DNA from: a virus | Taxonomy: Duplodnaviria; Caudoviricetes | Strand: one strand, 5' to 3' | DNA: 64,000 nucleotides | IMG/VR virus record: IMGVR_UViG_3300032030_000005 | Location: 64,001-128,000 of that record | Shown: positions 39,801-47,747 of the stretch, piece after piece | Layout of the letters: every line of letters starts with the position of its first letter | Numbering within the stretch: position 1 is the stretch's first letter | Program-made: the position numbers and the translations under genes | Notes under the pieces: model-generated | What the model saw: the letters and a program-made list of their open reading frames with translations, nothing else | Told to the model about the DNA's origin: nothing | Databases searched by the model: none

Positions 39801-42627
39801 GAAATTAGATAAACATGGTAATGAAACTGAAGAAACATTAAATGTTAAAGATACATCAGGAAAGGTACAGTTAGCTAATAGATTAGCTGCTCGTGAATTT
39901 AAATTAGATAAAGTAAAAACTGCTAAATTTATAGCTTCTAAAGTTAAAGATGGTGTATCTAAATTAAAAGATAAGATAAAAGAAAAAGCAGAACAAGTTA
40001 AAAGTTGGGCTGGTAAACATAAAGGTGAAATAGCTGCTTTTGCAGTAGGTGGTATTGCTGGAGTAGGAGCTTATGAAGTTGCTAAAGGTGCTTATAAAGG
40101 TGTAAAAACTCTTAAAGAAAATAAATATGAAAAGATAAATCAGATGTTAACAGTAGCATCTACACCATTCTTATTTATGGATAATAAAATGAAGAAATCT
40201 ATTGAAAAATTACAAAATAGCAAGATTGGTAAACAGATGTTAAATCAGCCAATGAAAGCAGCTAAAACATTATTCCAGACTGCTACGTATAGTATATTCG
40301 GTAGTAGTGAAACTGCCGCTGAAAAATCTGGTCTTAAATCTTTATTAACGAATATTACTAAGAAATTAACAGGCGAAGATGATCATAAAGATAAATTTAC
40401 ATCTAACTTAGAAGATATTGGTGAAGAAAGTGCAACAGTAGCATATTCAAAGTTAAATGAAAATAATCTTAGAAATAGAATATTAAATGCTTTTGCTAAA
40501 GCTACTGGTATTGCTACTGCTAAAAAAGGTGATAATGGTCATGTAATGACAACTTCTCAAATCGTTGATGAAGAAAGAACGAAAAATGCTTCATTACAAA
40601 TTGCAGCAAATGGTACAGCTGGTAATGCTAGTGGTGCTAATATGTCAGGTACTTGGAATTCTGCTGCACAAATGATCAATGGACCAACAAAAGGTCAAAC
40701 TGTTCAAGATTATGTACTTAAAACATTACAAAATAGTAGTATTTCTAGAGGCGTATCAGATGGACATAGAGGTGTTGACTTCGCCGCAGCAATGAACACA
40801 CCAATTTATTCTCCATTTGAAGGTAAAGTTGTAGCCAGTGCATACGATCCAGATAGAATCATATGTACTAATAATGCAGGTGGAAATGATGAAAATGGAT
40901 CAATGGGTAACTTCGTATTAATGCAATTACCAAATGGTAATTATGCAACATTTATGCACATGGTAGAAGGTCCTGCAGTTAGAACTGGCGAACTTGTTAA
41001 AGCTGGACAGTTACTAGGTAAAGTAGGTAATACTGGTGGTAGTTACGGTGCTCACTTACATTTAGAAATAAAAAGTGGTATGTGGGGTGGTACAGTACTT
41101 GATCCGGCATCATATGGTTTAGGAAGAAAAGGTAAAAAATTAGATGGTTTTGATAAAAATAAAAAGACAACCGGATACGGTGCTCATGTATATCAAAGAG
41201 ATTATTCTAATATTATCTTTAATAAAAATGGTGATGAAACATTACAAACATTAGGTGATTCTGGTTGCGGTCCAGCAGCTGCAACTGTTGTTAAAAGATT
41301 ATATACGAATGGTAAAAGTAGATTTGGTAGAGCTGATAATAAAAATAAAGATAATAAAGATAAAAGTACAGCTAAAGCATCTACAGTTCAAAATCCATTA
41401 GGAAAAACAGCTTCATTCTCAGACGATTATGGTAATACATTTGATATTACTATTGAGCAAGAACATATTGATGTATTTAATGCTTGTAAAGAATGTGGAT
41501 GTTCTGATGCGGCTGCTTGTGGTGTATTAGGTAATTTACATCAGGAAACAGGTGGTACTGGTGAAAGATTAAGACATTGGGCTGAAAACCATGGTGAATA
41601 TGGTGGAGGTATCATGCAATGGACTCCTTGGACTAAACATGTTGATTGGGCCAACAGTCATGGTATGAACCCTTGGACTTGGGAAGCAAGTTTAGCACAT
41701 ATGCAAGACGAATTGCTTAATGGTGGTAACTGGTCTAACCCTCAAGATGCTAGTCCTTCTTTAGCAAGTGAAGGTTATCATGCTTGTTCTAATACTCCAG
41801 AATTTATGGCATTAAATGATCCAGCTGATGCAGCAGTAAACTTTGAAAGAGCATTTGAAGTTTCAGGTGACTGGAATGGTAGAAACTCAGAAGGTATTGT
41901 ATATAGTGAAAATCAGCTTAGAGACAGAAAGAGAGTTGGTCCTGCTATTGCATATTATGAATGCTTAGTAGGTACATATAATGGTTCTGTAAGACTTAGA
42001 TCGTCAGTAAATGGAGTTTCTGGAAGTACAGGATTTATTAATATTATTACTGATAGTGTTGTAAGTGGATCTCAGTTAGCTAATTATATGAATGCTAACA
42101 AATCTACTAATAATAGTACTACAGATATAACAGCTAGTAATGGAAGCACTGCTACTACAGGTAATGGTCGTTTTGGTAGGGGTGTAAGTTTTGGTAATAT
42201 TCATTTTGAATCTACTAGTTCACCAAATAATAATAACAATAGTATACAAAGTAATATAACTAAAACTGCAGCTGTTGCTCCTTCAGTAGGTTCTTATATA
42301 AAGAATAATATGTCTATAACAGATACCGATGATAAAGGAAATTCAAAAACAACAACAAGCGTATATACTACTGATAATAAAACAACTTTAACAACAAACG
42401 GTAAATCAACAATTGTTATTTGTAATAACTTTACGGAAAAGACTAAGACGGATTTAAGTGAGATACTTTCTAACTTTAAAAAGTTAAACGGTACTCAAGC
42501 TAATGCTTTAAAAGTATTAAAAGCTATATCTGATTTAATTAAAGAAGAAAATTCAGAAGCATTAGAAAGTCTTTCAAATCTTAAACTTTCTAATGATGGT
42601 CTTGATTATATCCTTAAAGGATTATAA
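36886..42627 (+). CDS. Tape-measure-like tail giant B: M23 peptidase, Cys half of a C39-like peptidase and phage tail lysozyme
   Basis: N-terminal ~480 aa paralogous to giant A. M23 motifs HRGVD...HM...GAHLHLE. C39-like YQRDY...DSGCGPAAA. Lysozyme motifs GVLGNLHQE...GIMQWT...FERAFE. Confidence 0.85.
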   Translation: MADMKSSKDKLSQAVNNMDPNLQKIAANTDAIVSTLSQQSSAIQQLKDAIARKEQTENEGNKQITSSLKQTNSTISLINKNILNLNKNVTSLTKTVSSLNESRGTTVSLLCGIQTSLIQITSVLASFRSDYLLSTNGQRINGNSFYDMTSLNNLVNSLSSLKDPTVKQNIQALHKALKYANSSSKSVRSHLGQNVTNEDSIFEKILGIADTGKQYAGLGALFSPYIKGGKFNSVIDRYMNADTSSIANLFYSMLGSNGKKTIKDIKGLGSKFSDSNNPLKRLIGNMMGQAGFKNEKKEREKDPTLVLSSLAPFADDIKDMVNLSYQGVKSRPKSIPIYAKPVWIVNSPDQKNYVGNVKAKDTHGADLKRKRLEDLFGGRANNLKDIYGNELLYQDEDGHWKGSATEGFNNKQIRNIRQKQESRNRKLMYGENYKELENKIYGSKILNTGIGIGNFKLSLNDLLSEDPNNVMGNMISNLAANGLQQIPGLLGSHAGGKKGKKRRKGLDPNREINTNDHDVSLIDGETTVLNASQTDNLKDMGDIKSGITTMSGAIASLASIISQSTILFSQAASSKKQKIDSKVLNKLSPDESVFDYLLKTSGSDEGSKKALTQFKKFSNLKKTLKITSKRETTSEYFGLNPNEGNGKKGVLSGAIDSLTTKLGVNKDLVKDPKRFIKNSIIRKVNNTFSLKGTSSNGTADKIAEGVSDDKNKKKIKGLFKSFKKQQDLEIKDKIKEGTTGLKDVAKVSATNETVTNSINTAETAAVEANIKADAATNASINKMKMANAKQEEATKAAADKTEVAQQIATDKFVNATEVKTAAQEAMVQEASVGAEAGASTTSFLGKITATMCGLPLPVKIGLGAAGVAATVAIGKKMYDKVKQAANGKKPNFEDSQSSLKGASGKTEKEAQKEKEKAEKAQKRQERLENFKKRAKRSLKSSFNALTLGLFAQKVYVADNGDVLYSKDNSPVKKLDKHGNETEETLNVKDTSGKVQLANRLAAREFKLDKVKTAKFIASKVKDGVSKLKDKIKEKAEQVKSWAGKHKGEIAAFAVGGIAGVGAYEVAKGAYKGVKTLKENKYEKINQMLTVASTPFLFMDNKMKKSIEKLQNSKIGKQMLNQPMKAAKTLFQTATYSIFGSSETAAEKSGLKSLLTNITKKLTGEDDHKDKFTSNLEDIGEESATVAYSKLNENNLRNRILNAFAKATGIATAKKGDNGHVMTTSQIVDEERTKNASLQIAANGTAGNASGANMSGTWNSAAQMINGPTKGQTVQDYVLKTLQNSSISRGVSDGHRGVDFAAAMNTPIYSPFEGKVVASAYDPDRIICTNNAGGNDENGSMGNFVLMQLPNGNYATFMHMVEGPAVRTGELVKAGQLLGKVGNTGGSYGAHLHLEIKSGMWGGTVLDPASYGLGRKGKKLDGFDKNKKTTGYGAHVYQRDYSNIIFNKNGDETLQTLGDSGCGPAAATVVKRLYTNGKSRFGRADNKNKDNKDKSTAKASTVQNPLGKTASFSDDYGNTFDITIEQEHIDVFNACKECGCSDAAACGVLGNLHQETGGTGERLRHWAENHGEYGGGIMQWTPWTKHVDWANSHGMNPWTWEASLAHMQDELLNGGNWSNPQDASPSLASEGYHACSNTPEFMALNDPADAAVNFERAFEVSGDWNGRNSEGIVYSENQLRDRKRVGPAIAYYECLVGTYNGSVRLRSSVNGVSGSTGFINIITDSVVSGSQLANYMNANKSTNNSTTDITASNGSTATTGNGRFGRGVSFGNIHFESTSSPNNNNNSIQSNITKTAAVAPSVGSYIKNNMSITDTDDKGNSKTTTSVYTTDNKTTLTTNGKSTIVICNNFTEKTKTDLSEILSNFKKLNGTQANALKVLKAISDLIKEENSEALESLSNLKLSNDGLDYILKGL

Positions 42628-42682
42628 AAAATTAGTGTTAAGGAAATTATATTCCTTAACACTAAAATTTATTATATAAGAG

Positions 42683-44236
42683 GTGAAATATATGCCTGAT
42701 AATTTTTTAGAAAGTGCTTCATTAGACTCTGTGGGTTATGAAAACTTCTATACCGAAGGAGAAAATGGTGAAAGTTTAGGAAAAAATTCAGCATTCTTTA
42801 ATTCTAATGAGGTTCAACCATCTGAAGGTGTTACTGTAACTGGTAAACCTATGAGTAGTCACGTTGCTATGGCTATTACCGGTAAAGATGTTAAAAATGG
42901 AATATTCTTTGGTAAAGAAAATAAAGTATTTGGATTACCTTTTAAGTATGGTCCTTTAGCTGATCCTATGGGTAGAGTATTTCAAAGCACATTTGAAACA
43001 GATAGTTCATGTGTAGCTTTTATTAAATTTGGCGTACCAAAAATTAATAGAGCTTTATTTGGTAAAATGTCTGCTGATGCTAGTGATACACCATCATTTG
43101 GTTTAAATATTTATTATGGTTTTAGATCAGCTATTGATCCAACAACTAATACACAAGACCAAAGATTAATTACATTTGAACCTAAAATGAATCAATTTAT
43201 GAAATACGCAAATGCTTCAATTAATGAAGTATATACATTATTAGACTTACCGGGTTTATTTTCTACAGATGGTTATACAGATGAAGAATTTGAAAACGGT
43301 TTTGCATTTTTCTGTACTAAAACAAGCACAATTACTGAAAGCGTAGATAATAATTATACAGAACCAGACATTATTACTAAAATGAACTCAGATGCAGCTT
43401 TACGTAGACAAAATTATCAGATGTATGGTACTTATGGTAGTATTGCTAACGATTCAGGTGGTACTGATGCTATAAGCTGGTTAGAGTCAATAGCTAATAC
43501 TCAATTACAAAAAGTTGCTGAAAATATTGCCGATAGTCCTATTATTGGTTCTGTTGCTTCAGCATTTATGAAATCAAATAAAGGCACTATGGGTTATTAT
43601 GGAGAATTATGGGCTGACTCTAAGACTTCTGATAGCTTTTCATTACAATTTAAATTTAGATCACCATATGGTTCTAAATATGAAATATTCAGAAATTGTT
43701 TCTTCCCATTCTTATTATTACATACAGCCGCTATTCCAAAACAAGATGGTAGATTTAGTTATCAAGAACCATTTATGATAATGATTGATTTTCCGGGTTG
43801 GTTTAGAGTTAATTGTGGAGTTATTCAATCTTTAAGCTGGGTTAAAGGTGGTAGTAATGCATTATTTAATGTAGATGGCTTACCATTAGAAATAGAAGTT
43901 ACTATGAATGTTAAAGATCTCTATCCAGTTCAATTATCTTCAGAAAATGTTACAGTTATGGAATATAACTGGGGTCTTTTAAGTTTCTTAGAAAATATGG
44001 CTGGATTAACAACGGCTCAAGCGGCTTATATAAGTAATGTACAAAGTTTCCAAAATGCAATAAGAACTACAATGGCTCAAAGTGATGGTTCTATTATGGG
44101 CAATACTAAAGCTTATTTTAATGCACATTATCGTGTAGCCGCTAATAAATGGAATGCTGCTGGTGGAACAGTGGGCGGATTGATTACAAATGGAGCAAAA
44201 AGAGAAATACGTTCAAGAAGTTATTTAGGTCGTTAA
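42683..44236 (+). CDS. Conserved jumbo-phage virion protein (baseplate hub / tube-initiator-like)
   Basis: ELWADS...FRSPYGSK...P.Q...YQEPF...G.I.S....KG......GLPLEIEV....DLY. Follows the tape-measure genes. Confidence 0.55.
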   Translation: MKYMPDNFLESASLDSVGYENFYTEGENGESLGKNSAFFNSNEVQPSEGVTVTGKPMSSHVAMAITGKDVKNGIFFGKENKVFGLPFKYGPLADPMGRVFQSTFETDSSCVAFIKFGVPKINRALFGKMSADASDTPSFGLNIYYGFRSAIDPTTNTQDQRLITFEPKMNQFMKYANASINEVYTLLDLPGLFSTDGYTDEEFENGFAFFCTKTSTITESVDNNYTEPDIITKMNSDAALRRQNYQMYGTYGSIANDSGGTDAISWLESIANTQLQKVAENIADSPIIGSVASAFMKSNKGTMGYYGELWADSKTSDSFSLQFKFRSPYGSKYEIFRNCFFPFLLLHTAAIPKQDGRFSYQEPFMIMIDFPGWFRVNCGVIQSLSWVKGGSNALFNVDGLPLEIEVTMNVKDLYPVQLSSENVTVMEYNWGLLSFLENMAGLTTAQAAYISNVQSFQNAIRTTMAQSDGSIMGNTKAYFNAHYRVAANKWNAAGGTVGGLITNGAKREIRSRSYLGR

Positions 44237-44264
44237 ACTTTATATTATTAATATACTGAAAGGT

Positions 44265-44891
44265 GTGAAAATTATGTTTAGAATTCCAGAAAGTGCTTTA
44301 CGCTATGAAAAATATAAAAGATTATTAGAAGCTGCTGAAGAACAAGATCCTAATGCAGTTCCACAGGAAGATCCTAATGCTGCTCAAGATCCAAATGCTA
44401 TGCAGCAAGGAGATCCTAATGCTCAAGATCCTAACGCAGAAATGGATCCAAACGCTCAGGAAGATCCTAATGCTATGCAAGGTGGCCAAGATTCAGGAAT
44501 ATCTCAAGCTCAGACACCAGAAGAAGCTTATGAAGCTGGATTAAAAGAAATTCAGAATACTATTGCAATGACTGGTAGAAAGCGTTATGCTAGATATAAG
44601 ATGAATGGTGGTAAGGATAGTTGGGAAATCTTTAGAAAAAATCTTGAAGATTCATTAAAGCAAGAACTTGAAGAAGATTGCAAAGAGATGTTCGGTTATA
44701 ATCCGGGTAAAACTACTGAAAAAGATTTACTCGTTATGATTAAAAATGGTATTGAACAACTCAATCAGGCTATGCAGCAAGGAATGGCTCAAGAAGCGGC
44801 TCAAGATCCTAACGCACAACAGGCAATGCAAGAAGCTTATGATTTTATCGCAGAAAGAAATTATAGAAGATTAATGGAAAGAAATTTTTAA
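44265..44891 (+). CDS. Late protein with DPNA repeats (possible head/scaffold component)
   Basis: Eight DPNA units, late promoter 44236-44247. Confidence 0.65.
   Translation: MKIMFRIPESALRYEKYKRLLEAAEEQDPNAVPQEDPNAAQDPNAMQQGDPNAQDPNAEMDPNAQEDPNAMQGGQDSGISQAQTPEEAYEAGLKEIQNTIAMTGRKRYARYKMNGGKDSWEIFRKNLEDSLKQELEEDCKEMFGYNPGKTTEKDLLVMIKNGIEQLNQAMQQGMAQEAAQDPNAQQAMQEAYDFIAERNYRRLMERNF
44343..44476 (+). repeat. Tandem coding repeat (GATCCTAATGCT-like, encoding DPNA)
   Basis: Seven imperfect units here, and an eighth near 44802. Confidence 0.85.
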
Positions 44892-44909
44892 GTAAGGAGG
44901 TAAACTAGT

Positions 44910-46130
44910 ATGGTTTATACTACTTACTTAAATGAAGAAATTGCAAATGATGAAATTTATCCAATTTTTATAGCTTTATCTGAAGGCAAATCTTATATTT
45001 CTAAAAAAATAAAAGATGTTACAAAATGTCCATATTCACATTGTATGATAGGATTAGATCCAGAATTAAAGTATTTTTATAGTTTTAATATAATTGATAA
45101 TTTTAATAATGGATTTGTAATTGAAACCCTAGAAAATTTAGCAAAGAAAGCTAATAGTATAAATATATATGTATTTTTTGTAAATAGATCTATATACAAA
45201 AATATAGTTAAATCTATTAAGAGGTACAATGATTTAAAAGATAAAACTAAGTATAGTATTAAAAGATTATTTGAAGCTGCTTTTAATAAAGGTAAAGAAA
45301 CTAATCCTATGCAACAGGTATGTTCATCATTTGTTTATAGTATTTTATCGCATTCAGGAGTACATTTAGCTCCAGATAATATATTATGTGTAAAACCTTC
45401 AGATTTTTACACTACTATAAATAATAATAAAAAATATATCTATCAGATATATGAAGGAAGTCCTCTTGATATAAATATGGATGATATTACTATTGAATTG
45501 AATAAATTAAAAGATAAGAAAAGTACTAAAGAATTTAATCAAGAAAAAATAATACTTACAGAAAGTGAACGTATATATCCAGAAACTGTCGATAGGTCAG
45601 CATATGATAATTTTGTATTATTTAATTTATTTCATGTTTACACAACAGATATGACTTTGAGAAATGATCCACAATTTATATCTAAAATGAAATGGGTTAA
45701 AGATAGAATAACTGAAATATGTGATATGGCTGGATGGACAGTATTTCCTTATGAATTAACTTTATGTGCATCATTTGAAGACCTAGATGAATTTTATAAT
45801 CATCAAGCTCCTAAATGGGTAACTGGTTTTACATATGGTGATAAAGTTTATATGAAAGGACCTGCTATATATCCTGGAGAACTTTATTATAATGTAGTAT
45901 TACATGAATGTATTCATGTTCAAATATATCTTAATGAAAAAGTACAAGGAAAAACTATATCACGAGAAGATGAAGAAGGTATGGCCGTTTTCTTTAGTAC
46001 TCCACTTGATAAATGGCTTAAGGAATTAAATCATGGTCCTAACTGGTATTATTATGAGAGTGCAATAAGAGTTCAAGAAGACTTTTTAAATTATGGAATG
46101 AAAAAAGTAATTCAGAAAAGATTTAAATAA
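44910..46130 (+). CDS. Permuted papain-like (YaeF/YiiX-type) domain fused to a HExxH zincin-like domain
   Basis: PYSHCMIGLD...VCSSFVYSIL...VKPSDF (His before Cys), then VVLHECIHV...EEGMA. Confidence 0.75.
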   Translation: MVYTTYLNEEIANDEIYPIFIALSEGKSYISKKIKDVTKCPYSHCMIGLDPELKYFYSFNIIDNFNNGFVIETLENLAKKANSINIYVFFVNRSIYKNIVKSIKRYNDLKDKTKYSIKRLFEAAFNKGKETNPMQQVCSSFVYSILSHSGVHLAPDNILCVKPSDFYTTINNNKKYIYQIYEGSPLDINMDDITIELNKLKDKKSTKEFNQEKIILTESERIYPETVDRSAYDNFVLFNLFHVYTTDMTLRNDPQFISKMKWVKDRITEICDMAGWTVFPYELTLCASFEDLDEFYNHQAPKWVTGFTYGDKVYMKGPAIYPGELYYNVVLHECIHVQIYLNEKVQGKTISREDEEGMAVFFSTPLDKWLKELNHGPNWYYYESAIRVQEDFLNYGMKKVIQKRFK

Positions 46131-46173
46131 ATTCAGATACTATTAGACATGATTTATTATAAATTTATATGAG

Positions 46174-46785
46174 GTGATTTTAATGCGTTTTTATAACGAA
46201 GGTAACAAATGTAATTGTGGCAAGAGATCTTGTCCTGAATGCAATCCAAAGATTAGCAAGATTAGTAAGCCAGATGCAAATGGTTTAGTTAATAAGAAAA
46301 CAATTGGTAATCATTATATGAAGTTTGATGAAGCATTTATGCAGGGTTATTATGATGCTTTAAATGAAATGGAAGAATATGATGAATATGAGGAAGAAGA
46401 TGCTTATGAATCTTACAATGAAGAAGATTTAGAAAATGCATATCTTGAAGGTTATTATGCTGCTTTAAATGAAACATCAGCAGCTACTAAAGCTAAACAA
46501 AGATCACTTGGTATGAAAGGCGTTAAAGGTGGAACACATACTCATAATAATGACGATTTTTGGCCTTTATGTAATTCTGGAGCTTTTAAAAAAGATGAAG
46601 CTGTTAGAGATTATAGAAATAAACACAGGTCTGACTATTTAACAGTTAAAAGACAGAGAATGCTTGGTGGTAAGACTGTGGAAATTGCAGATGCTCCAAA
46701 TGGTAAAAGATATAGTATTTGGACTAAAGGACATCAGTATCCAACTTCAGAAAGAATTATTCCTAATAGGAAGCCTAATAAGTGA
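46174..46785 (+). CDS. Putative internal head protein with two GYYxALNE tags
   Basis: CNC...CPEC N-terminus, AFMQGYYDALNE and AYLEGYYAALNE tags, basic C-terminal part. Confidence 0.65.
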   Translation: MILMRFYNEGNKCNCGKRSCPECNPKISKISKPDANGLVNKKTIGNHYMKFDEAFMQGYYDALNEMEEYDEYEEEDAYESYNEEDLENAYLEGYYAALNETSAATKAKQRSLGMKGVKGGTHTHNNDDFWPLCNSGAFKKDEAVRDYRNKHRSDYLTVKRQRMLGGKTVEIADAPNGKRYSIWTKGHQYPTSERIIPNRKPNK

Positions 46786-46786
46786 T

Positions 46787-46828
46787 AAAATATTCCCTTA
46801 AGACTAATAAGTCTTAAGGGAATATTTT
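46787..46828. terminator. Bidirectional terminator
   Basis: 19-bp stem between convergent genes. Confidence 0.85.
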
Positions 46829-47364
46829 TAATAAAGTTCTGCTAATGCATCATAATATCCTTCTAAAAATGCTTCAGTAAGATAATCTTCTTTAAATCCT
46901 TTAGTATATTTAACAGCTGCGTCATATGTGTTTTTATCCATTTCAGAATAATCACAAGTTTTATGTTTAAAACCTTTTCTGATAATTTCATGATTTTTTA
47001 TTTTTTTACTACCTTTAATAGCACCAACAGTTCCAACAGTAGCAAACATACCACTAGCAACAAGAACTCTTCTTAATCTTTTCATAGTTTGAATATCTTC
47101 TGGTGTTTTATTTTTTTTCGCTTTTAACGCTTTATATTTCTTTAATGCTGCTGCACCATTAGCAACATTTCCTATAGCCATAGCACCATGGATAGCTGTA
47201 TTAGCAATTTCTTTATTTCTATGTTTCTTTGCAACATCAGATAAATATTTATTTTGTACATAATGTGCATCTATTTTTCCATTACTGTCTATATGTTTTA
47301 CAGCTGCAGGATGATTAGTTCCTTTAGTTGACTTGCTATCAACTCTAACCCATTCTTCTGTCAT
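46828..47364 (-). CDS. Basic putative head-cargo protein with a C-terminal FLEGYYDALAE tag
   Basis: K/H-rich with two Gly/Ala hydrophobic stretches. Directly downstream of RNAP beta-C exon 2. Confidence 0.65.
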   Translation of the reverse strand: MTEEWVRVDSKSTKGTNHPAAVKHIDSNGKIDAHYVQNKYLSDVAKKHRNKEIANTAIHGAMAIGNVANGAAALKKYKALKAKKNKTPEDIQTMKRLRRVLVASGMFATVGTVGAIKGSKKIKNHEIIRKGFKHKTCDYSEMDKNTYDAAVKYTKGFKEDYLTEAFLEGYYDALAELY

Positions 47365-47389
47365 AATAATAGCCTTCTTTCTAATAATA

Positions 47390-47587
47390 TTATTTATTCA
47401 ATTTTTTAAGAGCTTCTAATGTAGAATCTGGAATAGCCAAGTCTGATTCAATACCTGCACCAAGTAATAATGTATATACAGTATTTAATGATTGTTTCTT
47501 AGAAATATCATTTGGAAGATCTTTTAGATATACATATCCTTGTTTAGAGATCTCTTTATACATAGCAGCCTTAGAATCCATACTATC
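47390..47587 (-). CDS. RNAP beta-like C-terminal subunit, exon 2
   Basis: DSMDSKAAMYKEISKQG continues KEFLGPRA and matches the beta region (Q)EMLTVKSDD...KMYKNI. Confidence 0.88.
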   Translation of the reverse strand, partial: DSMDSKAAMYKEISKQGYVYLKDLPNDISKKQSLNTVYTLLLGAGIESDLAIPDSTLEALKKLNK

Positions 47588-47747
47588 CAATAATCTTCAC
47601 ATAGAATCGCTAATTCTATGCAGTTCTCTTATGAACTTCTTCATATTTCTATGAATGTTGAGACTATATCTTCATTTTTATATAAAAATAAAAATGCTTT
47701 TTGTTTCCATTTAAGGGATTTTCACCCACCGCTTGGCCGTACTCTAC

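Noticed and set aside
47390-47590. Stand-alone 66-aa ORF with a TTG start
   Set aside because: It is exon 2 of the RNAP beta-C gene; the TTG is the intron's 3' end.
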